Below, piece by piece: positions 48,501-55,705 of a stretch of 55,705 nt of DNA (position 1 is the stretch's first letter; each line of letters begins with the position of its first letter). A program made the translations under genes and the position numbers. This DNA comes from a virus (Duplodnaviria > Heunggongvirae > Uroviricota > Caudoviricetes), in IMG/VR virus record IMGVR_UViG_3300008122_000001, positions 1 to 55,705 of that record; one strand, given 5' to 3'. Under the pieces are notes generated by a model. It searched no databases. It was not told the origin of the DNA and saw only the letters and a program-made list of their open reading frames with translations.

Positions 48501-50725
48501 TTGTAAGCTAATGGAGAGTTATCTATAGAAATAGGATTATTTTGTAAGTATTCACTTAAACCCTCAGAAGAGGTTAAACCAGTTAATAGATCTTGATTAG
48601 CTATTGCCATATTATTAGACAACGGGATCTTTATAGTAGATTTATCACTTATACGTAAAGAATCGACATCACCCATATTAAAGAAACCAGCACCATCACC
48701 AAGAACCATATCATTACCATAAAGATAGGTTGCTAAACTATTGAATAGCTTGTCATCCATAATATCTAAACGGTTTAATACTTGAGAACTTGAAAATTGC
48801 CTATTAAATCTATCAGAACCTATCATAGATTCTAAAGACTGAGTATTTAAGTTTTTATTTACAACATTAGTACCTCTATTACCTACACTTGTTTCTCCTC
48901 TTTCATTAGGAGCTAAAACAGCTAAACTAGTATATCCTTGAGTATTTATAGAAGTAAGATTACCTAAAGATAACCCATCAAATAAATGTGCAGCTTGTTC
49001 AGGAGGTAATTCTTGAGCTAATTTTAAAAAAGCTCTTTGTCTTTCTGAAGACATATTTTTTATTGAAGATTGTTTTAAAGATCTTAAAGGATATTTTTGA
49101 TCTATCTCTCCATACTGGTTATATCTAACTAACCTCTTAGTTCCATCTATATTAACTTCTAGTCCATCTACATATGCTTTAGAATAAGGGTTAAATTGAG
49201 AAGCTACACTGTAATTACCATTACCCATATTATGATATCTAGTTCCATCTTTATTGTAAGATGTTAAAGGTATACTAACTCTTTCATTACTCACTTTATC
49301 TACAAAAGATGCAACACCATCTTTTAACACCATTTCTCCAGAAGATCTATTAAATAATAATCTAGCTTTTTCTTCTGCATCTACAGCATTGTTACCTAAT
49401 TGATTTTTTAACCAATTAGTGATTTGAGATAAATTATCAGCAACAATTAATTTAGAATCCCATTTATTAACTTTTAACTGAGATTGATTAATGTATCTAG
49501 TATTATTATCTTTTAATATAGTATTAACTTTAGTTAAGATACTAACATCATTAGTGTTATTTAAAGTATGAAATATCTCTTCTCTTGTATTACCAACATT
49601 AATACCGTTACTTTTAAGTACATTCTTAATATTATCAAATACTTGTTGTTCATCTTGATATCTAGATGTTACTCTATTTACTTTAGTTTCATACTTACTT
49701 ATTCTATTTTTTCTTTTAGAATAAATATTATCTTGTGAAGAATTTACCCAATTGCTTACATTTTCTTTTCTAGTATTAAAGTTATCAGAAAGTCTAGCTA
49801 GTGCTTCTTCTCTTTGTTTATTAGTTTCAACTTTAAAATCATCAAATAATAAACTACTTCTTAATTCGAAATTAGAAATCTCTTCTTTATTCTTTAGTTG
49901 AAAATCTTTCATCCAAGGATTAAATAAATCTTTCTTATCTGCATGTAATCTTTTATTATAGTACTCTTGTCTTTTTAATACAGGCTTGAATACATTATTA
50001 TTCTTAGTTGTGTATTCTTTAAATAAATCATTTCTTAAGTCTGTAATGTCACGACCACTCAGATGCGATTTAAGAGACTTTTGCTTCTCTATCCACTGAT
50101 CATAAGCTTTAAGTTCTTTTCTTCCTCTAGGAGTCTCTAGATAGCGAGAAATAGATGATTCTTCTCTACTTGTCATCCTATTGTAGAATTCTATTTCTTT
50201 ATTCTTTTCTAATACAGAAAGATTACCTTTTTTATACTCTAATAGATCATTAGAAAAGTTTAATCGTTTTTCTAATATAGAATCATACTTATTATTTATT
50301 CTACTAACAGATTTTTGATAACTATCATCTAGCTTCATCTGAGCTTGTATTTGACGTTTTACTAAGTCAGAGGGTGTTAACCTATCTCTAGAGTTAAACG
50401 AGCTACTAAGAGCATTTAAACGAGAATCAAGAGGGGTTTTAGTTCTGTTATAGAAAGAATTAAATTTATCTTTTAATAACGCTAAGTCTTCTCCTAATTC
50501 TTGCCTAAGTTGTTGTTCTCTAATGTAATCCATGTTAACAACTGGACCTACATTCACTTTAGAATTATTCATTAAAGAAGTAGTAGGAATATTTAGAAAA
50601 GCACCTACTCCAGCTCCTATTCCTGTTGTGATAATACCAGATAAAGGATTTTCAGTTATATCTGAAGTATAAGCTCCAAACGCACCACCTGCTATCATAG
50701 CACCTGTTCTAATATCAATTCCCAT
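45545..50725 (-). CDS. Putative virion-associated single-chain two-barrel RNA polymerase (1726 aa)
   Basis: LGDGAGFF, KFYSTGTK, ITREP, NAMFGDGDQD in beta-then-beta' order; glycine-rich hydrophobic segments at both ends; start MGIDIR at 50725. Confidence 0.7.
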   Translation of the reverse strand: MGIDIRTGAMIAGGAFGAYTSDITENPLSGIITTGIGAGVGAFLNIPTTSLMNNSKVNVGPVVNMDYIREQQLRQELGEDLALLKDKFNSFYNRTKTPLDSRLNALSSSFNSRDRLTPSDLVKRQIQAQMKLDDSYQKSVSRINNKYDSILEKRLNFSNDLLEYKKGNLSVLEKNKEIEFYNRMTSREESSISRYLETPRGRKELKAYDQWIEKQKSLKSHLSGRDITDLRNDLFKEYTTKNNNVFKPVLKRQEYYNKRLHADKKDLFNPWMKDFQLKNKEEISNFELRSSLLFDDFKVETNKQREEALARLSDNFNTRKENVSNWVNSSQDNIYSKRKNRISKYETKVNRVTSRYQDEQQVFDNIKNVLKSNGINVGNTREEIFHTLNNTNDVSILTKVNTILKDNNTRYINQSQLKVNKWDSKLIVADNLSQITNWLKNQLGNNAVDAEEKARLLFNRSSGEMVLKDGVASFVDKVSNERVSIPLTSYNKDGTRYHNMGNGNYSVASQFNPYSKAYVDGLEVNIDGTKRLVRYNQYGEIDQKYPLRSLKQSSIKNMSSERQRAFLKLAQELPPEQAAHLFDGLSLGNLTSINTQGYTSLAVLAPNERGETSVGNRGTNVVNKNLNTQSLESMIGSDRFNRQFSSSQVLNRLDIMDDKLFNSLATYLYGNDMVLGDGAGFFNMGDVDSLRISDKSTIKIPLSNNMAIANQDLLTGLTSSEGLSEYLQNNPISIDNSPLAYKENGSPIHLNKMYTEGKIIDGFMTEKDIRLVTESIFDPTTEQNMKFYSTGTKSLNTGLTESRFNVLTALGTAINQGRVTELANGSFDLDGVNHSSRSSLISALSKTLETKDNTVVNPITLISRAEDTGASKIRTMLREGARGNNIYDLLMKRNNSVAGSAMVSALFSEHKGAVDLTTTLAVDIENKIKKGALNSSFREDFLYHFNIDNFRNAENKGDFLQRAYNIVASSDLVNNYLSGHSLAVGSFNKGASIVGKDKKAKLSWAAITNLKSSGFTSKDLSLFGLKNEEALYELRSISEERRISKNSINSVIQGKEGRFLNIITQNNTPEQRLELLRSSFGRSVDILENNPYLTYNLSFRSGDVQSINFSRLTTNRSGLYEDSDLKILKDLEKRKIDIMVSDLAFRDSKTKEERIRTEQVLKEKLEKYDIFTKNMMSGDNNLLKTGLSLYSDKSSIMQVKYIGGNADKFATSELKENRHAWFVSEDDARQKAKQLGVDLNWETVDGYDNLKRPVFKRGNDVIPLASLITREPAQGPLSSDLISLYVDTTLNKNNAGNIFIPISNDIYYNAMFGDGDQDMVQTLLGDFQTRSQYEDIERKRAPIRQSFFEMAEVTKAMKVKGNKANMKSALDFQNAEEYATYRVSGGLKGRNRKTLAAPATGLAVSYAKALEMNLGHLGSTSKELTQGRVMIHQLVENLLKSAHLDTDSFQLVTEQDVERLTRMRSGFLGKKGYEGVTTKQYAEELKNTLPSFLGINNIDTSTLLGKQTKAESVKIMESIISSEINHARQVTDTPFTPLDLNDKRFGSSSGEFIDTLNSIIKEQGITEMDYESGLKHLKKSTGQVALGATDFITDIVKNNKMLIGGGLAAMAGVALLGREQPSFSDSRSAARQHSASMLRSPGAYDGETQNNTPMGVETNPNKAGYILPKTFGAKGIKVGGEMVNGMSDMYNEYNSMLDSGNVQDQIYNLSNSLFGEGIRSARLQTN

Positions 50726-50770
50726 ATTCTTCTCTCTTTGTCTCAGGGTCACTATTATATAACAATAATG

Positions 50771-50933
50771 ATAATAATATTTATTATTTGTAATGTAAAC
50801 ATTACTATTATAAATGTAATGTTATATTTATATATATACCTACATAATTAACATTACATTTCATATTCATCAATACCTATATAGCTTTTTAGCTATATTT
50901 TACCTTAAAATTAACAACATGAAAAATTTTCAT
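50771..50933. promoter_or_regulatory. AT-rich intergenic region with five inverted repeats
   Basis: Inverted repeats at 50771-87, 50790-805, 50812-24/50849-61 (13 bp), 50879-98, 50919-33. Confidence 0.55.
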
Positions 50934-53900
50934 TCTTCTCTTATCAATATAGAATTATAATTACTATCTACTAGATCTATCTTAGAAGGTTTAAACCCAT
51001 TATCAAACATAACATTTTCTATACTTCTTTTCATTCTTCTATCACTTCTTATATCTTCTTTAATTCTATCTATATCAGTAAATACTGTATCTGTGTTAAC
51101 AATACCTTGTAATCTATTCATTCTTTCTTCATCTTTCTTCCAATATCCAAATCTTTTAAGATCTTGACCACCAATAGATAAAGTTCTTATTTTAATATCA
51201 TCCATTGTTAAACGGGGGTCCCATCCTACAAATCCTGTATTAGGTACACCAGTTTTAGAGTTAACATAAGTTAATGCTTCTCTATCAGCCATCTTACGTC
51301 TTAATAATTCATCTTCTGTATATTGAATTCTCTTAGAAGTATTAATACCTTGTCCTACATAGTTATCAGAATTAGCCGCAACTTTAGCTCTAGCCTTTTG
51401 TTTATCTTCTGCTGTTAAATCAACATTATATAAAGAACTAAGTCTGTCTGTTTGCTCACTTAAACTATCACCTATAGCTTCTTGTATATTACTTCCTCTG
51501 CTTCTAGCTTTTTTAGCTATATCCATATTATGCCAGATTTGTTCATAACCTCTTCTAACATCTTCAGGTAACATAGCCCTAATTTTATTTCTTTTATCTA
51601 TATTAGTTTCTTGAGAAAAAGAATCAAAATAATCTTTTTGATCATCTTGTAAAGAACGTTTAAATTTTAATACTTTATCTTTAGTATTTAAACCAGACAT
51701 ACTAGCACCTATAACAGTACTATCAGATTGAAATTCACTGTTAGCTCTTCTAGCCTTTAAGTATTTAAATTTATCAAAGTATTCATCAATATTAAACTTC
51801 TCTTTAGCTTCTTCAGGAATAAAAGTACCACTAACATCTAAAGATTGTCTAGTTTTATTTAAAGCTGGTTTTATAAAGTGCGAATAAGGATTTGTCCAAA
51901 TAGCTGTATCAGGTCCACCTAATTGTGTCTCCATATAATCTTCTATTGCCGTTCTTTTATGTAAGAATTTAGCAGCAGGTCTAATAGGAGTTAACATTTC
52001 TAAAGGAGATTCTGCATTAGCTCTCATAGTTTCCCATAAAGCGTTATGAACACTTCCTATAGGTCCTTGAAACTTACTAGGAGTATCATAGAAATCTTTC
52101 TTTCTATCTCTTTCTAATTCTTGATCTAAAGTAGTACCAAGTATATCTATTTCATTAGCTGATAATTTACCTTGTTGATATGCATCTATAGCTTGTTTAC
52201 GAGCATTAATAAATTCTTCCGAACCTTTTGCTACATTAGATAGAATCTTATGTTTAAATACTAAAGGATAGTCTTCTGCATTTACCCCTTTCAATTCAGG
52301 ATATAAGGATTCTAGTCCAACACCAGGTAATCTTTCTTCCCCTCTATCTATAGCATCATACATATTACCATGTTTAAAATCTACAAAATATTTAGATTTA
52401 TCTGAAGGCAACCAACTAGGAGCATTATTAGCAATAGGGTTAAATCTATCAGGAAGTGCTCCAGATGATGTAGGTAATAGCTTTCTTTGGAATTCACCAG
52501 CACCCATCAAGTCACCTAAGTTTTGCTCTAATAGATCTCTAGCACCATTAGATGCTTCACCAGATCTTGCTAACTGAATAGAATTAACCCCAGGCTCTAA
52601 TCCTAATCCATCAACAACTAAAGAAGAACCCCAACCTTTAATACCTGTAAAATCCATTAAAGCTCTATATGATAAACTCATACCTTCTTGATTAGGATCA
52701 TATCCAGGAGTATTAGGAGCTAACATTAATCCTTCATTAATTAGTGAAGAATCTTTATTATCTATCCCTTGTAGTTTTTTATTAGAACTAGAACTAAATA
52801 AGCTCTTAGATGCTTCTATAAACGATTTACCAACGTTTTGTTTAACATGTAATACATCAGAAGCAACTGTTCCTAAAGTCCCTACACCACCTTCTGATGA
52901 AGCTACAGGGGTATACTCAGTTCCTTGCATAATCGCATCTTTATAAGCTGGATTAATAACATCAGGTTTAATAATCTGACCGACAGTTCTTTCAAATATT
53001 TTACCAAAGAAACTACCATAACTAACATCCATACCCCAAACTGGGTATGGCATACTCTCTGCATTTCTCTTTTCTAATTTATATGGATCTTTAAGGTAAC
53101 TGAAAGGATGTAAAAAAGGATCTAATTTCTTTTTAGTTTCATCATCACCATATCTTACTTTATCTGTAGCATCAGCTCTAGCACGAGCTACCCAGTTCTT
53201 AGTATGGTATTTAACACTACCACCATCCCAAGCACCACCACCAAATAACCAAAACTTAGTAGATTTCTCAGGAACTTCTTTTTCACCACTGTATAATTGT
53301 CTGAGTTCTTCTGAAGAAGATCCTATTAAAGCTCCTGGTAAAAATGGTAAAGCAAGAGAACCACCAATTAAACCACCAATCAATGCATTACGTTTCATTG
53401 GTTTTAATTTAGTATCAAAGTTTAAAACAGATTTAAGAACTTTTGATTCTTTTTCTACGTTATATATATTAGCAGCTTGATCTATACCTTTTATAGACGA
53501 CATACCTATTCTATTAAAATAAGCAACTTGAGCACCAGCTAAAGCACCCACTAACGGAAATGCTAACAGTGTACTTAAATCTGTACTACCAGGAGCTGAT
53601 TGTTCTTGTTGTTCTTTATAACCTTGAAATTTATCACTCCATACTTTAGCAAATGCTATTCTACTACTCGCATATATGTTTGCTAAACCAGTACCAAGTC
53701 CTTCTGAGAATATACCATTCTCAGGGCTAAGGTTTCTTAATACACTATCAACACCTTGATAAGCTAAATAAGTAGCACCACCTTTTACTGCAATATTTTT
53801 AGCAGATAATTTTAATGATTCTTTAATACCTAAATTATAATTACCATTAGTACCTAATTGAACTTTTCCTGAAATCTCTTTCATCTTGTTCCATATATTA

Positions 53901-54760
53901 GATTGGAACACACCAGTGTATCCAGCCCCAACTCCATGAAACATTTCTTCAATACCCGCTAAAGGATTGTCTAAAGTTTTATAACCTACTTCCATAGAAA
54001 ATCTAAGAGTAGATTGTGCCCACTTGGATGAGAAATCCATACCACTTTTAGCACCAACAACCATTAACGGAGAATTTTTAGCTCCAGTTTTATCAATCGA
54101 ACTTCCTAGAATATTAGCAAACTTTTCTAAGATATGGTTGTTAGAATATATCTCACCATTTTTTAAAGAACCCATAGTTAATCTAGCATTCTTTATTATT
54201 ACATCATCTAAGTTTATTGCACCTTTAGAATCAATACCATATAAAGTATTATTCTTAAAAAACATACCTCTAGTTAAATCTTTAATTTCTAATTTTCTTT
54301 TTATCTTTCTTTGTTCATCTTCATTAATGTATTTAATTAAAGATTCATAGTAGTGTTGTTGATTTCTAATACTATTTGCAGAAATATGTACAGTTTCATT
54401 ATTACTACTTAAAGGAGTAAAAGGTTGTAAAAAATTAGATATTTGAAGTGTTCTTAAAACGTGTAAAGGAGAAGCTTCTTCTAAAGCCATAAATTGAGAG
54501 AGTAAAACTTTCTGTAACGATTGTTCAGAATTTGAAAGGAGTTGAGAGGAAGTTGTAGAAACTAAGGTTCTGTTCATTTGATTGTTTAAATAATCAGAAC
54601 CAACTAGTTTTTGAGAAAATTTAGTTAACTTATCTGTCACACCCCATGCTTCATTCTTATTTTGTAAATAACCTAATGCAGGTAAACCTGCTGTTAAAGC
54701 CCCTACCGTAAAAATATCATGTAATAGGGGATCATTATTTGATGGGTCTGTGAAAGACAT
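50930..54760 (-). CDS. Tape-measure-like / ejected protein
   Basis: 1276 aa, largely helical with Gly/Ala hydrophobic segments (PLVGALAGA, LIGGLIGGSLALPFLPGALIG); directly after two chaperone-like genes. Confidence 0.65.
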   Translation of the reverse strand: MSFTDPSNNDPLLHDIFTVGALTAGLPALGYLQNKNEAWGVTDKLTKFSQKLVGSDYLNNQMNRTLVSTTSSQLLSNSEQSLQKVLLSQFMALEEASPLHVLRTLQISNFLQPFTPLSSNNETVHISANSIRNQQHYYESLIKYINEDEQRKIKRKLEIKDLTRGMFFKNNTLYGIDSKGAINLDDVIIKNARLTMGSLKNGEIYSNNHILEKFANILGSSIDKTGAKNSPLMVVGAKSGMDFSSKWAQSTLRFSMEVGYKTLDNPLAGIEEMFHGVGAGYTGVFQSNIWNKMKEISGKVQLGTNGNYNLGIKESLKLSAKNIAVKGGATYLAYQGVDSVLRNLSPENGIFSEGLGTGLANIYASSRIAFAKVWSDKFQGYKEQQEQSAPGSTDLSTLLAFPLVGALAGAQVAYFNRIGMSSIKGIDQAANIYNVEKESKVLKSVLNFDTKLKPMKRNALIGGLIGGSLALPFLPGALIGSSSEELRQLYSGEKEVPEKSTKFWLFGGGAWDGGSVKYHTKNWVARARADATDKVRYGDDETKKKLDPFLHPFSYLKDPYKLEKRNAESMPYPVWGMDVSYGSFFGKIFERTVGQIIKPDVINPAYKDAIMQGTEYTPVASSEGGVGTLGTVASDVLHVKQNVGKSFIEASKSLFSSSSNKKLQGIDNKDSSLINEGLMLAPNTPGYDPNQEGMSLSYRALMDFTGIKGWGSSLVVDGLGLEPGVNSIQLARSGEASNGARDLLEQNLGDLMGAGEFQRKLLPTSSGALPDRFNPIANNAPSWLPSDKSKYFVDFKHGNMYDAIDRGEERLPGVGLESLYPELKGVNAEDYPLVFKHKILSNVAKGSEEFINARKQAIDAYQQGKLSANEIDILGTTLDQELERDRKKDFYDTPSKFQGPIGSVHNALWETMRANAESPLEMLTPIRPAAKFLHKRTAIEDYMETQLGGPDTAIWTNPYSHFIKPALNKTRQSLDVSGTFIPEEAKEKFNIDEYFDKFKYLKARRANSEFQSDSTVIGASMSGLNTKDKVLKFKRSLQDDQKDYFDSFSQETNIDKRNKIRAMLPEDVRRGYEQIWHNMDIAKKARSRGSNIQEAIGDSLSEQTDRLSSLYNVDLTAEDKQKARAKVAANSDNYVGQGINTSKRIQYTEDELLRRKMADREALTYVNSKTGVPNTGFVGWDPRLTMDDIKIRTLSIGGQDLKRFGYWKKDEERMNRLQGIVNTDTVFTDIDRIKEDIRSDRRMKRSIENVMFDNGFKPSKIDLVDSNYNSILIREE

Positions 54761-54761
54761 A

Positions 54762-55286
54762 TTAACCTACCTTACTTTCTTGTTCTTCTTGGAATTCTAT
54801 AGGAGGTACACCACTAAAAGACATAGAACATAATGTATATCTTTTAATAATTTCATCTATAGGTAATGCTTGTGTAAACTCATAAGTATTATTTGTATAA
54901 TGAGCTACTACCATAATTAACCTATCCATGAGAGATACACTACTAAAATATGCTTGATATGATTGTTCTAAATCTTTAATAAGCATAAAAGAATTTAGTT
55001 TAATTTTAGTAGCTAAATGATCAATAATACCCGCTGGGCTATTCTCTATATCTAATTCCTCATTTTCAAATCCTAATATAGATATCAAACATTTATTTAC
55101 TATTTCTTCATTGATAGTGGATTCTTTCATTCCTGAAGACTCCATCATTTCAATTTTATTAAGATCAGGATAAGATAATAATTTAAATTTTAAATTTGGT
55201 GATACTAATACATTCCCTGATTTACAAGTTATTGTTAACTCTTTTAGGTTTAATAGATAGTAATCAATACCAGATTTTAGATACAT
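54762..55286 (-). CDS. Tail assembly chaperone-like protein
   Basis: 174 aa, GGAG RBS; IVNKCL..PAGIIDHLA resembles the upstream protein; precedes the tape-measure-like gene. Confidence 0.6.
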   Translation of the reverse strand: MYLKSGIDYYLLNLKELTITCKSGNVLVSPNLKFKLLSYPDLNKIEMMESSGMKESTINEEIVNKCLISILGFENEELDIENSPAGIIDHLATKIKLNSFMLIKDLEQSYQAYFSSVSLMDRLIMVVAHYTNNTYEFTQALPIDEIIKRYTLCSMSFSGVPPIEFQEEQESKVG

Positions 55287-55296
55287 AATACTCTCC

Positions 55297-55704
55297 TTAA
55301 ATTATTTTAATAAGAGATAACGCTTCTTGTTGAGGAACAAAACCAGATTTGTATGCTATCTGTTTACCTACGGTAGTTATAATACCCGCATCACTAGTTA
55401 ATCTCCACTTCGTTGTTGGATGTGGAAATAATAGACATTTTTCTACTAAAACTTCATTCCCTTTTTCTTCGTTTTCAAAAACACCTTGATCTTGAAGTTT
55501 TTTAAAATCAGATCTTTTAATAGTGGTAAATATATAATAATCTTCAGAAGATGAAGAAACTTTAGATACAAATAAACTCTTATGTTTATCTTTCCATGCT
55601 TCTAGTACAGAAAGTAAAGGAGCATTTTCACCATAAATTTCAGATAGTAAAGAATGCAAATCTAACAGATCTTTATCTATTTGTGGTTCTTCATAAACTG
55701 GGTA
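55297..55704 (-). CDS. Tail assembly chaperone-like protein, start outside the window
   Basis: Frame open to the window edge; WKDKH..YIFTTIKRSDF..LVEKCLLFP..AGIITTV..SGF pattern. Confidence 0.65.
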   Translation of the reverse strand, partial: YPVYEEPQIDKDLLDLHSLLSEIYGENAPLLSVLEAWKDKHKSLFVSKVSSSSEDYYIFTTIKRSDFKKLQDQGVFENEEKGNEVLVEKCLLFPHPTTKWRLTSDAGIITTVGKQIAYKSGFVPQQEALSLIKII

Positions 55705-55705
55705 T

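Larger units (their letters stand above)
1..55705. other. Segment of a large myovirus-type phage genome: replication/recombination block plus tail/baseplate block
   Basis: Dense overlapping genes in two convergent blocks; gp46/47-like nuclease pair, gp25-like and J-like baseplate genes, tail fibres; no cellular housekeeping genes. Confidence 0.93.

Noticed and set aside
50768-50851. 27-aa hydrophobic plus-strand ORF (MIIIFIICNVN...) as a type I toxin or holin
   Set aside because: No RBS; hydrophobic short ORFs are expected by chance in nearly pure AT sequence
9852-54350. Plus-strand ORFs in the structural block (e.g. 9852..10433, 37338..37547, 47094..47534, 54024..54350)
   Set aside because: Antisense shadows of minus-strand coding frames with no recognisable motifs
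38213-54760. Inteins, introns or homing endonucleases in the three giant ORFs
   Set aside because: No intein splice-junction, LAGLIDADG or HNH motifs noticed by eye; frames are continuous
54762-55659. Lambda G/GT-type programmed frameshift in the tail chaperone pair
   Set aside because: No slippery heptamer seen near the first stop; the second gene has its own GGAG RBS and ATG
1-55705. Stop-codon reassignment
   Set aside because: Very long ORFs under code 11 and all three stops used at gene ends; the breaks found are frame changes, not in-frame stops

Overview
Very AT-rich, gene-dense segment of a large contractile-tailed (myovirus-type) phage genome, read in the standard genetic code. Two indirect clues recalled from memory, not searched, suggest an Acinetobacter/Moraxellaceae host: the SSB tail PPADMDDDLPF and tail modules resembling Acinetobacter prophage proteins. 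Positions 1-7.1 kb (+ strand) hold SSB, a MazG-like NTP pyrophosphatase, an SbcD/SbcC (Mre11/Rad50) pair, an out-of-place frameshifted tail-protein pair and a divergent sigma-region-2-like protein, ending at a hairpin terminator where the two gene blocks converge. Positions 7.1-55.7 kb (- strand) form one tail/baseplate operon: tail chaperones, a tape-measure-like protein, a 1726-aa protein, a 2436-aa hub protein (lytic transglycosylase, staphylococcal nuclease and M23 peptidase domains), gp25-like and J-like baseplate genes, and many fibres/adhesins. Top finding: the 1726-aa protein between the tape measure and the hub carries, in the correct order, the catalytic motifs of both barrels of a two-barrel RNA polymerase (D-G, K-x6-K, R-E-P, NAMFGDGDQD), flanked by membrane-type segments. 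It is a candidate virion-packaged, tail-injected single-chain RNA polymerase. Four reading-frame breaks (about 5034, 14880, 36890, 37555) need read-level checking.
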